A stretch of DNA of 64,000 nt from Candidatus Eiseniibacteriota bacterium (GCA_041483195.1 JBGPFC010000005.1:32001-96000); one strand, 5' to 3'; counted from the stretch's first letter, positions 28,348 to 38,968 are shown. A program made the numbers and translations. Notes: generated by a model from the letters alone, not told the origin.

Positions 28348-30042
28348 GTGCTCGAACGCCTGCGCATCCGCGATCTCGCGCTGCTCGACGAGGCCGAGGT
28401 CGGCTTCGGCCCCGGACTCAACGTGGTCACGGGCGAGACCGGCGCTGGCAAGTCGCTGCTCGTCCAGGCGGTGAGCCTGCTGGTCGGCGGACGCGCGGAC
28501 GGAGAAGCGGTGCGCGATGGCGCGCCGGCGGCGGTGGTCGAAGGCGAGTTCCGGCTGTCAGGCGAACACGCGCGCCGCGCCGGCGCGCTGCTCGCGGAAT
28601 GGGGCCTCGAGTTCGACGGGGAATCGCTGATCGTGCGCCGCGAGGTGCAGCCGGGCGGCCGGAGCCGGGCGACGGTCAATCAGTCCGCGATCACGCAGAG
28701 CGCGCTCCGCCGTCTCGGCGAGATCCTGCTCGACATTCATGGACAGCACGAGCACCAGAGCCTGCTGCGCGAGGGCGCGGCGCTGATCACGCTCGATCGT
28801 CTAGCGTCGCTCGATCCGGAGCGGGCGCGATACGCGGAGGCGCTCGCGGCGTTCCGCGAGGCGCAGGGCGAGCACGATCGGCTGGTCTCCTCGCTCGCGA
28901 CCTACGCCGAGCGCCGCGACTATCTCTCCGCCGCTGCGCGCGAACTGGACGAGGCGCGGCTGCGGGAAGGGGAGGACGAGGAGCTGCGGCACGAGGCGGC
29001 CCGGCTCGCGCACGCGGACCGGCTGCGCGCGCTGGCGGCGCAGGCGCTCGAGCGCCTCTCCGAAGCCGACGGCGCGGCGGTGGAGTCGCTGGGGCAGGCG
29101 CAACGCGCGCTCGAGCAGGCGGCCGCGCTCGACTCCAGCCTCGAGCCGATGCTCGAGCCGTTGCGCGAGGCCGCGTTCGCGGCCGGCGAGACGGCACGCG
29201 CGCTGGCCGACTACGCCTCGCGGCTCGAAGCCGATCCGGCCGCGCTCGAATCGATCGAGGCGCGGCGCGATCTCTACGCGCGGCTCACGCGCAAGTACCG
29301 ACGCGCGATCGGCGAGCTCATCCACTGGCGCGAAGAGCTCGCGCTCGAGCTCGCGTATGGGGAAGACGCGGAGGGCGCGCTGGAGCGGGCGCGCCACAAA
29401 TGCGAAAGCGCCGAATCCGAGGCGCGCGCGCTCGCGAAGCTCCTCTCCGCCCGCCGCGAGCGGGCCGCCGCCGAATGGAGCGCGAGCCTCACGCGCGAGC
29501 TCAAGCCGCTCGGGTTCCAGCACGCGCGCATCGCCTTCGACGTGAAGCCGTCGGAGGACGGTGGCCTCACCGCGAACGGGCTCGACGAGGTGAGCCTGAG
29601 CTTCGGGGCGAACCCGGGCGAGCCGGCGCGAGCGCTCGAGCGCATCGTATCCGGGGGCGAGCTGTCGCGGGTCATGCTCGCCTTGAAGACAGCGCTGGAA
29701 ACCCAAGACCGCGTTGACCTTCTGCTCTTCGATGAAGTAGATTCCGGCATCGGCGGTGCGGTGGCCCAGGCGGTCGGAGAGCGCCTCCGGCGGCTGTCCC
29801 GGCACCGCCAGATCATTTGCGTGACCCACCTTCCCATGATCGCCGCCCTCGCCACCCATCATCTCGGAGTCACCAAGCGCGCCCTCGCGGGCCGCACCGT
29901 CGCGCGCATCGCCGCGCTCGACCGGGGCGCCCGGGTGGAAGAGCTGGCCCGCATGCTCGCCGGAGACCGCGTCACCGAGACCACCCGCCGCCAGGCGCGT
30001 GAGCTGCTCGACGAGACTCCGCAGCGGTCCGCCGCGCGATGA
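28348..30042 (+). CDS. recN: DNA repair protein RecN
   Basis: TGETGAGKS, IHGQHEHQ, coiled coil, SGGELSR, FDEVDSG, VTHLP motifs. Confidence 0.97.
   Translation: MLERLRIRDLALLDEAEVGFGPGLNVVTGETGAGKSLLVQAVSLLVGGRADGEAVRDGAPAAVVEGEFRLSGEHARRAGALLAEWGLEFDGESLIVRREVQPGGRSRATVNQSAITQSALRRLGEILLDIHGQHEHQSLLREGAALITLDRLASLDPERARYAEALAAFREAQGEHDRLVSSLATYAERRDYLSAAARELDEARLREGEDEELRHEAARLAHADRLRALAAQALERLSEADGAAVESLGQAQRALEQAAALDSSLEPMLEPLREAAFAAGETARALADYASRLEADPAALESIEARRDLYARLTRKYRRAIGELIHWREELALELAYGEDAEGALERARHKCESAESEARALAKLLSARRERAAAEWSASLTRELKPLGFQHARIAFDVKPSEDGGLTANGLDEVSLSFGANPGEPARALERIVSGGELSRVMLALKTALETQDRVDLLLFDEVDSGIGGAVAQAVGERLRRLSRHRQIICVTHLPMIAALATHHLGVTKRALAGRTVARIAALDRGARVEELARMLAGDRVTETTRRQARELLDETPQRSAAR
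29714..29743 (+). promoter_or_regulatory. Putative internal promoter in recN serving the trp genes
   Basis: TTGACC, 18-nt spacer, TAGATT, about 300 nt upstream of trpE. Confidence 0.45.
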
Positions 30043-31505
30043 TCGTTCCTTCGCTCGAGGATTTCCGCGCGCTCGCGAAGAGCGGCAAGCTGGTCCCGGT
30101 GTATCGCGAGGTCTTCGCCGATCACGACACCCCGGTCTCCGCGTTCCGCAAGATCGACGACGGGCCGTATTCGTTCCTGCTCGAGAGCGTCGAAGGCGGA
30201 GAGAAGTGGGGGCGGTACTCGCTGCTCGGCAGCCGGCCGTCGCTGGTGTTCACCGCCCGCGGCGAGCGCTGCGAGATTCGCGAGGGTGACGCCGTGCGCG
30301 CCGGCACCCGCCATCCGCTCGAGGAGCTGGGTGATCTGCTCCGCGCGCACCAGGCGGTCGCGTTGCCCGGCCTGCCCCGGTTCTGCGGCGGAGCGGTCGG
30401 GTACTTCGGATACGACGCGGTGCGCTGGTTCGAGCGCGTGCCCGCGAAGACGCGGGACGATCTCGGCATGCCCGACGCGGTTTTCATGTTCGGCGACGTG
30501 GTGAGCGTTTTCGACAACCTCACGCACACGCTGAAGGTCGTGACCCATGCGCGGGGTGGAAGCGACCCCGATCGGGCCTACCGCGAGGCGGTCCAGCGTC
30601 TCGAGGCCGAGGTGGCGAAGCTGTCGCGCGCGCTGCCGTGGAGCGCGATCGAGCCCGGGCCCGAGCCACCCGAGCCCGTTTCCTCTTCGAGCCGCGAGGC
30701 CTTCATGCGCGCGGTGGAGGTGGCGAAGGAACACATCCGGGCCGGCGACATCTTCCAGGTGGTGCTCAGCCACCGCATGAGCGCGCCGGTGTCGCGGCCG
30801 GCGTTCGAGGCGTATCGCGCGCTGCGCGTGACCAATCCCTCGCCCTACCTTTATTTCCTGCGGCTCGGCGACCTGTCACTGGTCGGCTCCTCGCCCGAGG
30901 TGCTGGTGCGCCGGACCGACGGCGTCGTCGAGGTGCGGCCGATCGCGGGCACGCGCCCGCGCGGGCGCGGGCCTGACGAAGACCTCGAGCTCGAGAAGGA
31001 GCTGCGTGCGAGCGAGAAGGAGCGCGCAGAGCACGTCATGCTGGTGGATCTCGGGCGGAACGACGTCGGCCGGGTCGCCGAGTTCGGAACGGTGGAGACC
31101 AACGAGTACATGCTGGTCGAGCGCTACTCCCAGGTCATGCACCTGGTCTCGAACGTGCGCGGCCGGCTGCGTTCCGGGCTCCAGCCGCTCGACATCGTTC
31201 GCGCGTGCTTCCCGGCGGGCACGGTCTCGGGGGCGCCCAAGGTGCGGGCGATGGAGATCATCGAAGAGCTGGAGCCCTTGCGCCGCGGCGTGTATGCGGG
31301 AGCGGTCGGCCATTTCGACTATCATGGCAACCTCGACCTGGCGATCACCATCCGCACCCTGGTGTACGCAGGAGGCGCGGCGCACTGGGGCGTCGGCGCC
31401 GGCATCGTCGCCGACTCGGAGCCCGAGGCCGAATGGCAGGAGACTCTCAACAAGGGACGCGCGTTGTGGCTGGCGGTGCAGCGCGCGGAGCGGGGCGGAG
31501 TGTGA
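30039..31505 (+). CDS. trpE: Anthranilate synthase component I
   Basis: [49 protein letters not shown] motifs. Confidence 0.96.
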   Translation: MIVPSLEDFRALAKSGKLVPVYREVFADHDTPVSAFRKIDDGPYSFLLESVEGGEKWGRYSLLGSRPSLVFTARGERCEIREGDAVRAGTRHPLEELGDLLRAHQAVALPGLPRFCGGAVGYFGYDAVRWFERVPAKTRDDLGMPDAVFMFGDVVSVFDNLTHTLKVVTHARGGSDPDRAYREAVQRLEAEVAKLSRALPWSAIEPGPEPPEPVSSSSREAFMRAVEVAKEHIRAGDIFQVVLSHRMSAPVSRPAFEAYRALRVTNPSPYLYFLRLGDLSLVGSSPEVLVRRTDGVVEVRPIAGTRPRGRGPDEDLELEKELRASEKERAEHVMLVDLGRNDVGRVAEFGTVETNEYMLVERYSQVMHLVSNVRGRLRSGLQPLDIVRACFPAGTVSGAPKVRAMEIIEELEPLRRGVYAGAVGHFDYHGNLDLAITIRTLVYAGGAAHWGVGAGIVADSEPEAEWQETLNKGRALWLAVQRAERGGV

Positions 31506-31516
31506 CGGCGGGGAGC

Positions 31517-32107
31517 ATGATCGCGGTCATCGACAACTACGATTCGTTCACGTACAACCTCGTTCAGTATCTCGGCACGCTGGGCGCGACGCTCGAGGTG
31601 TACCGCAACGACGCGATCACGGTGGAGGCGCTTGCCATAAGGCCGCTCGATGGCCTGGTCGTGTCGCCCGGACCCGGAGTGCCCCGCGACGCCGGGATCA
31701 GCGAAGGCGCGATCGCCGCGCTCGCCGGCCGCGTGCCGGTGCTCGGCGTGTGTCTGGGGCACCAGGGTCTGGGTGAGGTATACGGGGGGCGCGTGGTGCG
31801 CGCCCAGCGGCTGATGCACGGCAAGACGAGTCCGATTCTCCACAAGGGCCGCGGGCTGTTCGCGGGGCTCGACAATCCGTTCGAGGCCACGCGGTATCAT
31901 TCGCTGATCGTCGAGCGCGAGACCCTCCCGGGCGTGCTCGAGATCATGGCCTGGACGCCGGAGGGGGAGATCATGGCGCTGCGGCACAAGGACCACGAGA
32001 CCTGGGGCGTTCAGTTCCATCCCGAATCGGTGCTCACCCGGCCCGGTCTCAAGCTGATCGAGAATTTTCTGACGCTATGCCGTCAACACAGGAGTGCTCA
32101 GCTTTGA
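31517..32107 (+). CDS. trpG: Anthranilate synthase component II (glutamine amidotransferase)
   Basis: [34 protein letters not shown] motifs. Confidence 0.96.
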   Translation: MIAVIDNYDSFTYNLVQYLGTLGATLEVYRNDAITVEALAIRPLDGLVVSPGPGVPRDAGISEGAIAALAGRVPVLGVCLGHQGLGEVYGGRVVRAQRLMHGKTSPILHKGRGLFAGLDNPFEATRYHSLIVERETLPGVLEIMAWTPEGEIMALRHKDHETWGVQFHPESVLTRPGLKLIENFLTLCRQHRSAQL

Positions 32108-33111
32108 TCCAGTCGGCGATCGGACGTGCCGTGATGCGGGACCACCTCACGCGCGACCTCGCGCGAGCTGCGATGGACCAGATCCTGGCGGGAGAGGCCA
32201 CGCCCGCGCAGATCGCGGCGCTCGCCGTGGCGCTGCGCATGAAGGGCGAGGTCCCGGACGAGATCGCCGGGATGGCCGACGCGATGCGCGGCCGGATCGC
32301 GCCGATCCGCACGCGGCGCAGCCCGCTGATCGACACCTGCGGCACCGGCGGCGACAACGCCGGCACCTTCAATATCTCGACCACGGTGGCGATCGTGACC
32401 GCTTCGTGCGACGTCGCCGTCGCGAAGCACGGCAATCGAGCGGTCTCCTCGCGCACCGGCAGCGCCGACGTGCTCGAGACGCTGGGCGTCCGGCTCGATC
32501 TCACGCCGACGAGCGCCGGCCGTTCACTCGACCTGCTCGGCATCACGTTCCTGTTCGCTCCCCACTATCACACCGCGCTGCGGTACGCGGCGGGACCGCG
32601 ACGCGAGATCGGCGTGCGCACGGTGTTCAACGTGCTGGGCCCGCTCACCAACCCCGCGGGGGCCACGCGCCAGCTGCTCGGGGTGTACGCCGATCCGCTG
32701 GTGCGGACCGTGGCCGACGTGCTGAAGGATCTGGGCAGCGAGCGGGCCTGGGTGGTGCACGGCCGCGACGGCCTCGACGAGCTCACGGTGTTCGCGAAGA
32801 CCCACGTCGCAGAGCTGAAGGACGGCGCGATCCAGGAGTTCGAGATCGATCCCGCCGCGCTGGGGCTGGCCCACACCGACCGCGCGGGCGTCGCGGGCGG
32901 CGACGCGGCGGCGAACGCCGCGAAGGTGCGCGCGGTGCTGGCTGGCGAAAAGGGCGCGGCGCGCGACATCGTGGTGCTCAACACGGCCGCCGCGCTGGTC
33001 ACCGCCGGCGTCGCACCCACCATCGAGGACGGCGTGACGCGCGCCGCCCGGGCGATCGACAGCGGCCGGGCCGGCGAGAAGCTCGCCGAGCTCGCCGCCT
33101 TCCGCGGCTGA
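32104..33111 (+). CDS. trpD: Anthranilate phosphoribosyltransferase
   Basis: [35 protein letters not shown] motifs; TTG start overlapping the trpG stop. Confidence 0.96.
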   Translation: MIQSAIGRAVMRDHLTRDLARAAMDQILAGEATPAQIAALAVALRMKGEVPDEIAGMADAMRGRIAPIRTRRSPLIDTCGTGGDNAGTFNISTTVAIVTASCDVAVAKHGNRAVSSRTGSADVLETLGVRLDLTPTSAGRSLDLLGITFLFAPHYHTALRYAAGPRREIGVRTVFNVLGPLTNPAGATRQLLGVYADPLVRTVADVLKDLGSERAWVVHGRDGLDELTVFAKTHVAELKDGAIQEFEIDPAALGLAHTDRAGVAGGDAAANAAKVRAVLAGEKGAARDIVVLNTAAALVTAGVAPTIEDGVTRAARAIDSGRAGEKLAELAAFRG

Positions 33112-33145
33112 TCTCCGGCACGGCGTTCAGACCGACGAGGCGCAC

Positions 33146-33958
33146 ATGGCGAATCCGGGCACCGATGTCCTGAGCCGCATCGCCGGGGACCGACGCCGGG
33201 GCGTCGACGCCATGCAGCGCGCCGTGCCCGGACACGTGCTGCGCGCGCGCATCGGCAAGATCCAGCCCGCGGGACGGCTCGAGCGGGCGCTGCGGCGCGG
33301 CGCGCGCGAGGCGCCGCTGCGGCTGCTGTGCGAGATCAAGCGCGCCTCACCGTCGCGCGGCGTGCTGCGCGAGTCGATCGACCCGGCCGCGATCGCGAAG
33401 GCCTACGCCGATGGCGGGGCGGCCGCGATCTCGATCGTGACCGAGCCCGATCACTTCCGCGGCGATCTCGAATGGATCGGCGCGGCGCGCGCGGTCACCG
33501 CGCTGCCGCTGCTGCTCAAGGATTTCGTGCTCGACTCCTACCAGATCCTCGATGCGGCGGCGCGGGGCGCCGACGGCGTGCTGTTGATCGCGGCGCTGCT
33601 GTCCGGAGTCCAGCTCCAGCGCCTCATCACCGAGGCGCGCCTGCTGGGCCTCGATTGCCTGGTCGAGATCCACGACGCCATCGAACTGCGCGCGGCATTG
33701 GTGGCCGGCGCCACCCTGATCGGGATCAACAACCGGAACCTGCGCACCTTCGAGGTGGATCTCGGCACGTCGATCGCGCTGCTGCCCCAGGTGCCGCCGC
33801 TGGTCACGGCGGTCGCGGAAAGCGGAATCTCGACCGCGGCCGACCTCGGCCGGCTCCGCGCGACCCGCTGCGACGCGGTGCTGATGGGCGAGGTGTTCAT
33901 GACGAGCGCCGACCTGGCGGGCACCCTGGCCGGCCTGCGCGCCGCGGCGGGGGGCTGA
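33146..33958 (+). CDS. trpC: Indole-3-glycerol phosphate synthase
   Basis: EIKRASPSRG, KDF, GINNRNL, AESG motifs. Confidence 0.95.
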   Translation: MANPGTDVLSRIAGDRRRGVDAMQRAVPGHVLRARIGKIQPAGRLERALRRGAREAPLRLLCEIKRASPSRGVLRESIDPAAIAKAYADGGAAAISIVTEPDHFRGDLEWIGAARAVTALPLLLKDFVLDSYQILDAAARGADGVLLIAALLSGVQLQRLITEARLLGLDCLVEIHDAIELRAALVAGATLIGINNRNLRTFEVDLGTSIALLPQVPPLVTAVAESGISTAADLGRLRATRCDAVLMGEVFMTSADLAGTLAGLRAAAGG

Positions 33959-33959
33959 T

Positions 33960-34616
33960 GTGGCGGGCGTTCCGGGCCGCAGGCGAACCCTGGTCAAGGT
34001 GTGCGGCATCACGCGCCTCGATGACGCGCGGGCCGCGCTCGAGGCCGGCGCCGACTGGCTCGGGTTCGTCGTGCTGGGCGAGAGTCCGCGGCGGATCGCA
34101 CCCGAGCGCGTGGCGGCGATGATCGCGACGCTGGGCGAAGCGGTCGCCGTCGCGGTGATGGTGTCGCCGACGCCCGAGCAGGCGCTCGCGCTCGCGACCC
34201 GCGCCGGGGCCGGACGCGTGCAGGTGCATCGCGTCGATGCGTCCGGCTGGCCCGCGACCTTTCCGCTGCCCGCGTCGTTCGCGGTCCCGGTCGCGCGCGA
34301 CGGCTCGATCGCGGAGGCACTCCCGCCGATGCGTCATCTGGTGATGCTCGACAGCGCGCACCCGCAACTCGCGGGCGGGACCGGCGAGACGTTTCCATGG
34401 GAGACCGCGCGAATCGTCGCGGCGACGCGGCCGTTGCTGCTCGCGGGCGGGCTCGATGCCGACAACGTCGGGGCGGCGCTCGATCGGGTGCGGCCGTTCG
34501 GGGTGGACGCCTCGTCGGGCCTCGAGCGCGCGCCGGGCGTGAAGGACCACGACCGGGTGCGGCGCTTCGTCGCCGCCGTGAGGGAATGGGATGAGCGCAA
34601 CCCCGACCGCGGCTGA
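33960..34616 (+). CDS. trpF: Phosphoribosylanthranilate isomerase
   Basis: VKVCGIT, SPRRI, GGTG, LAGGL, GVDASSG motifs. Confidence 0.94.
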   Translation: MAGVPGRRRTLVKVCGITRLDDARAALEAGADWLGFVVLGESPRRIAPERVAAMIATLGEAVAVAVMVSPTPEQALALATRAGAGRVQVHRVDASGWPATFPLPASFAVPVARDGSIAEALPPMRHLVMLDSAHPQLAGGTGETFPWETARIVAATRPLLLAGGLDADNVGAALDRVRPFGVDASSGLERAPGVKDHDRVRRFVAAVREWDERNPDRG

Positions 34617-35790
34617 GGCTCGCGGTCACTTCGGGCCGTACGGCGGGCGCTTCGTTCCCGAGACGCTGATCTTCGCGCTCGATCAGCTCGAGGACGAGTA
34701 CGCGCGCGCGCGCGCGGACGCGGGCTTCGAGCGCGAGCTCGCAGAGACCCTGCGCGATTTCGCGGGACGCCCGACCCCGCTGTTCGAGGCCCGCCGCCTC
34801 GGCGAGGCCGCGGGCTGCCGGGTGTTTCTCAAGCGCGAGGACCTGTTGCACACCGGCGCGCACAAGATCAACAACACGGTGGGCCAGTGCCTGCTCGCGC
34901 GCCGCATGGGCAAGCCGCGCGTCATCGCCGAGACCGGCGCCGGGCAGCACGGCGTCGCGACCGCCGCCGCCGCCGCGCGCTTCGGGCTCGTGTGCACGGT
35001 GTACATGGGCAGCGAGGACGCGCGCCGCCAGCACCTGAACGTGGAGCGCATGAAGCTGCTGGGCGCCGAGGTCCGCGAGGTGGACGCCGGAAGCCGCACG
35101 CTCAAGGACGCGATCAACGAGGCGCTGCGCGACTGGGTCACGCGGGTGCGCGACACGCACTACGTGCTGGGATCGGTGCTCGGCCCGCACCCGTTCCCGA
35201 CCATCGTCCGCGATTTCCACAAGGTGATCGGGATCGAGGCGCGCGCGCAATTCGAGGCGCAGGCGGGAGGGCTGCCCGACGCGCTGGTCGCGTGCGTGGG
35301 GGGCGGCAGCAACGCGATCGGCCTGTTCCACGCGTTCCTCGGCGAAGCGTCGGTCCGCAAGGTGGGGGTGGAGGCGGGCGGACACGGACTCGCGAGCGGC
35401 AAGCATGCCGCCCGCGTCCCGGAGCACAGCGTGGGCGTGCTGCACGGCACCCGCACGCTGGTGCTGCAGGACGAGCACGGCATGATTCGCGAGACGCATT
35501 CGGTCTCGGCCGGTCTCGACTATCCGGCACTCGGCCCGGAGCACGCGTGGCTCGCGGATCAGGGCCTCGCGGAATACTCGAGCGCCCGGGACGACGAAGC
35601 CCTGGCGGCGTTCGAGACACTCGCGAAGCTCGAGGGCATCCTCCCAGCGCTCGAGACCGCGCACGCGCTGGCCTGGGTGCTGCGCGAGGGGAAGACCCTG
35701 GGCGCCGACGCGCGGGTGATCGTCAATCTCTCCGGGCGCGGCGACAAGGATGTGAGCGAGGTGCTGCGCGTGACGTGGCGCGCCGGATGA
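34591..35790 (+). CDS. trpB: Tryptophan synthase beta chain (TrpB1)
   Basis: [53 protein letters not shown] motifs. Confidence 0.97.
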   Translation: MSATPTAAEARGHFGPYGGRFVPETLIFALDQLEDEYARARADAGFERELAETLRDFAGRPTPLFEARRLGEAAGCRVFLKREDLLHTGAHKINNTVGQCLLARRMGKPRVIAETGAGQHGVATAAAAARFGLVCTVYMGSEDARRQHLNVERMKLLGAEVREVDAGSRTLKDAINEALRDWVTRVRDTHYVLGSVLGPHPFPTIVRDFHKVIGIEARAQFEAQAGGLPDALVACVGGGSNAIGLFHAFLGEASVRKVGVEAGGHGLASGKHAARVPEHSVGVLHGTRTLVLQDEHGMIRETHSVSAGLDYPALGPEHAWLADQGLAEYSSARDDEALAAFETLAKLEGILPALETAHALAWVLREGKTLGADARVIVNLSGRGDKDVSEVLRVTWRAG

Positions 35791-36497
35791 GGCGCGGCCC
35801 GCGCGTGGGCGCGATGGCGGCGCTCGCGATCGGCTGCGCGAGCGCAGTCCTGTTCGCGGTCGCGATCGGGGGTTGCTCGAAGCGGCGGCCGCACAAGTCC
35901 GTGCCCACCCAGCCGGCGCCACCGGCGGTGCCGCTGGCGACCACTCCCGAGGAAGCGGTGCGGCTGATCGAGTGGAGCTGGAACAACCGGAGCGTCCCTG
36001 GACTTCGCACGGTGCTCAGCAACGATTTCGCGTTCGGCTGCGCGCCGGCGGACACGGCGGGGAACCACTATCCCGGCCACGCCCTCATGCGCGCGGACGA
36101 GCTCACGTCCGCGCAGCACCTGTTCGTGGACGGAACCGTGAGCGAGCTGCCCGCGAGCCATATCACGGTCACGTTCGATCCCAACCTGGTTCCGGTTCAG
36201 GATGGGCGGCCCGGCAAGCAGGACATGACCTACCATCTCGAGATCGTGACGTCGATCGTGGTGGCGATCGACACCGACATCGAGGCGTTCCGCCTCACCG
36301 GCAGCGCGCGCTTTCACGTGGTGCGCGGGGATTCCGCGATCATCCCGGCGGACCTCGCGGCCGCGGGGGTGATACCGGACGCGCATCGTTGGTACGTCGA
36401 TCTCTGGGAGGACGAGAGCGGGGGCCCGCGTCCCGGGCTGGCCGCGATGCCGGCCCGGAGTGCGACGCTGTGCCAGGTGATGGCGCTCTATCGATGA
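35787..36497 (+). CDS. Putative lipoprotein (possibly NTF2-like)
   Basis: ATGA-coupled to trpB; lipobox IGGC; Pro-rich linker; C-terminus [15 protein letters not shown]. Confidence 0.7.
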   Translation: MRRGPRVGAMAALAIGCASAVLFAVAIGGCSKRRPHKSVPTQPAPPAVPLATTPEEAVRLIEWSWNNRSVPGLRTVLSNDFAFGCAPADTAGNHYPGHALMRADELTSAQHLFVDGTVSELPASHITVTFDPNLVPVQDGRPGKQDMTYHLEIVTSIVVAIDTDIEAFRLTGSARFHVVRGDSAIIPADLAAAGVIPDAHRWYVDLWEDESGGPRPGLAAMPARSATLCQVMALYR

Positions 36498-36604
36498 GGG
36501 CGCACCCCGCGCGAGGAAGCCGGCGCGGTTTCGCGCACCGGCGCGCGGCACGCCGCGCCGCGCGTGACGCGCCTCGCGACGGTGTGCTATAAACACTGGC
36601 CGCT

Positions 36605-36681
36605 GCGCCCGTAGCTCAATTGGATAGAGCGTTAGCCTCCGGAGCTAAAGGTTACAGGTTCGATTCCTGTCGGGCGCACCA
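36605..36681 (+). tRNA. tRNA-Arg(CCG)
   Basis: 77-nt cloverleaf; anticodon arm TTAGC-CTCCGGA-GCTAA; encoded CCA; TGcTATAAA -10 just upstream. Confidence 0.97.
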
Positions 36682-36714
36682 GTCCTTCCTTCCGCCGATC
36701 TCCGGCACGACCCC

Positions 36715-37758
36715 ATGACGAACCCACCGGGCACGCACGACCGCTTCGAGCCCCACGCCGCGAACGCGATGGCGTCGATGTTCGACGGCGTCTCACCGCG
36801 CTACGACCTGCTGAATCGCCTGATGACGCTGGGCCAGGATGGCGCGTGGCGGCGTGCGATGGCGGGCGCCGTTCCGGAGCGCGCGCGGATCGTGCTCGAT
36901 CTCTGCACCGGGAGCGGGGTGTCGCTCGCGGGACTCCGCCGTCCGGGCCGCACCGTGCTCGGCATCGACGTGAGCGTCGCGATGCTCGAGCGGGCGGACG
37001 CCGAGCAGGGCGGCGGGGGCTGGGCTCCGCGCCTCGCGTGCGCAGACGCATTCCGGCTTCCGCTGCGCGACGCCTCACTCGATGCGATCACGATCGCGTT
37101 CGGAATTCGCAACCTGCGACCTCGTGCAGCTGCGGCCCTCGAGATCGCCCGCGTGCTGCGGCCCGGCGGCACGCTCGCCGTGCTCGAAGCCGCCGCGCCC
37201 CGGCCCGGGCCGTTCGCGCCCTTCCATCGGTTCTGGATCCGGCACCTGATCCCGCTGCTGGGACGCCTCTCGCCCGATCCCAGCGCGTACCGCTATCTGA
37301 GCGAGTCCATCTTGGAATTCGGCCCCGGCACCGATCTCGAACAGGCCTTGCTCGGGGCCGGCCTCGTGGTCGCGGGCCGGCGATCCTTCCTGCTGGGGGC
37401 CACCCGTCTATGGATCGTTCGGCGCCCGGTGGCCCATGGTGAAAAAGCAGCCGTGCCGCCCGCGACCGTGCAGAATGCGATTCTCGACTCGGGGAGCGGG
37501 GGAGAGTTCCCGCAGACCGATCCCGGGGCCGGTGCCGAGTACCGGGCCTGGACGATCGCCCAGCTCGCGGTGGCGATCGCACTGCTCGGGGCGCTGGTCG
37601 CGGGGCTCGCGTTGTTCCTGAAGTCCAGCGCCCGCTTGCCGTTGGACTCGCGGGGCCGGGCCCTGGCGCTGGTCCTCCTCATCCTCGGCACCCTCTTCAG
37701 CGCGGCACGCGTGCTCGCCCTGTTGCGCCGGATGATCGCCCCGCCCTCGCGGCGCTAA
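36715..37758 (+). CDS. UbiE/MenG-family methyltransferase with C-terminal two-TM extension
   Basis: MFDGVSPRYDLLNRLMTLGQD, LDLCTGSG, FGIRN, RVLRPGG, AYRYLSESI; hydrophobic tail. Confidence 0.85.
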   Translation: MTNPPGTHDRFEPHAANAMASMFDGVSPRYDLLNRLMTLGQDGAWRRAMAGAVPERARIVLDLCTGSGVSLAGLRRPGRTVLGIDVSVAMLERADAEQGGGGWAPRLACADAFRLPLRDASLDAITIAFGIRNLRPRAAAALEIARVLRPGGTLAVLEAAAPRPGPFAPFHRFWIRHLIPLLGRLSPDPSAYRYLSESILEFGPGTDLEQALLGAGLVVAGRRSFLLGATRLWIVRRPVAHGEKAAVPPATVQNAILDSGSGGEFPQTDPGAGAEYRAWTIAQLAVAIALLGALVAGLALFLKSSARLPLDSRGRALALVLLILGTLFSAARVLALLRRMIAPPSRR

Positions 37759-37773
37759 GCCGTTCAAAGTTCC

Positions 37774-37789
37774 CGGCATAAGGGTTGCA
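37774..37789 (+). promoter_or_regulatory. Sigma-54 promoter upstream of the GAF-GGDEF gene
   Basis: CGGCATAAGGGTTGCA (GG at 37775, GC at 37787; GG-N10-GC). Confidence 0.65.
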
Positions 37790-37835
37790 CAATCGTTCGT
37801 GGACGAGTCCAACACTCTGACCATGAAGGCGGACG

Positions 37836-38846
37836 ATGCTCGCCAGGGAACGAATTCTCGAGACGCTGCTCGACCTCTCGAACCGGACCAGTGGACGGTC
37901 CCGTCCGGTGCTGCTCGAGAAGGTGCTGCGCAGCGGGCTCGCGCTCGCGGAATGCGACGGAGCGGTCGCGCTGACCGCTCACGCGCGCCGTCACGAGCGG
38001 CTGGTGCTCACCCGCAGCGCCCGCGAACCGCAGCTGGTCGAGGTGTCGCGTCAGGGCAGCGACTTCACCCGCAGCCTCCTGCGTAACGGCATGCCGGTCG
38101 TCAGCCCCGACCTCGCCGACGACGGCCGCATCGGCGAAGAGGACCATTGTCCCGGGATTCAGCCCGGCCCCGCCCTCTACGTGCCGCTCTGGCAGCGCGA
38201 GCAGGCGAGCGGCTACCTGGCCCTGTTCCGGCACCGTGGCCAGCAGCGATTCACGAACGAGGAGACGCGCATGGCGTTGTTCCTCGGCGCGTGGACCGGG
38301 ATGGCGATCGAGAACCTGCGGCTGGCGGAGAGCCTCGAGAAGCTCGCGGTCACCGACGATCTCACGCAGGTCTACAACTATCGATTCCTGAAGACCGCGC
38401 TCCGCCGCGAGATCAAGCGCGCCGGACGCTTCGGGCAGGAGCTGGCGCTGGTGATGATCGATGTGGACAACCTGAAGGCCTACAACGACCGATTCGGCCA
38501 CGTGCGGGGCAGCTTCCTCCTCAAGGAGGCGGCCCAGCTGGTCGCCGAGCAGGTGCGGTCGTTCGACCTGCTCGCCAAGTACGGCGGCGACGAGTTCACC
38601 ATCATCCTCCCGCAGACCGATCGCGAAGGCGCGATGGTCGTCGCAGAGCGTGTCCGGGCGGCGATCGCCGGGCACGGGTTCCCCAATGCGCCGGACGGGA
38701 CCATCACGATCAGCCTCGGGGTCGCGACGTTTCCCGAGGATGCCGACGACGCGAGCAGCCTGATTCAGGCGAGCGATCGCGCGCTGTACATCGCGAAGCA
38801 GCGCGGGCGCAATCGAGTCGAGTCGTTGTGGACGCAAACGGTTTGA
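37836..38846 (+). CDS. GAF-GGDEF dinucleotide cyclase, Hypr-GGDEF-like (candidate 3',3'-cGAMP synthase)
   Basis: GAF domain, then TDDLTQVYNYRF, DVDNLKAYNDRFGHVRGS, RSFD I-site and GGDEF. Confidence 0.88.
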   Translation: MLARERILETLLDLSNRTSGRSRPVLLEKVLRSGLALAECDGAVALTAHARRHERLVLTRSAREPQLVEVSRQGSDFTRSLLRNGMPVVSPDLADDGRIGEEDHCPGIQPGPALYVPLWQREQASGYLALFRHRGQQRFTNEETRMALFLGAWTGMAIENLRLAESLEKLAVTDDLTQVYNYRFLKTALRREIKRAGRFGQELALVMIDVDNLKAYNDRFGHVRGSFLLKEAAQLVAEQVRSFDLLAKYGGDEFTIILPQTDREGAMVVAERVRAAIAGHGFPNAPDGTITISLGVATFPEDADDASSLIQASDRALYIAKQRGRNRVESLWTQTV

Positions 38847-38874
38847 CCGCTCCGGCACGGATGCCGGCGCAGCT

Positions 38875-38904
38875 TTGACCCTCGCGGGCGGCCGCTGCTA
38901 GACT
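38875..38904 (+). promoter_or_regulatory. Sigma-70 promoter of the sugar-modification cluster
   Basis: TTGACC, 18-nt spacer, TAGACT with extended TGn. Confidence 0.6.
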
Positions 38905-38968
38905 CCGCGACCCCGGACGTGAAGGATGCGTCCGGTTCTTTGTCTCTGTGGGAAGGGAGGACCGAGGC

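Noticed and set aside
29817..30002. Alternative-frame ORF in recN as a hidden trp leader
   Set aside because: No Trp codons and no terminator
36494..36592. Arg-rich 32-aa ORF before tRNA-Arg as a leader peptide
   Set aside because: Arg richness is expected from GC content, and it overlaps the tRNA promoter
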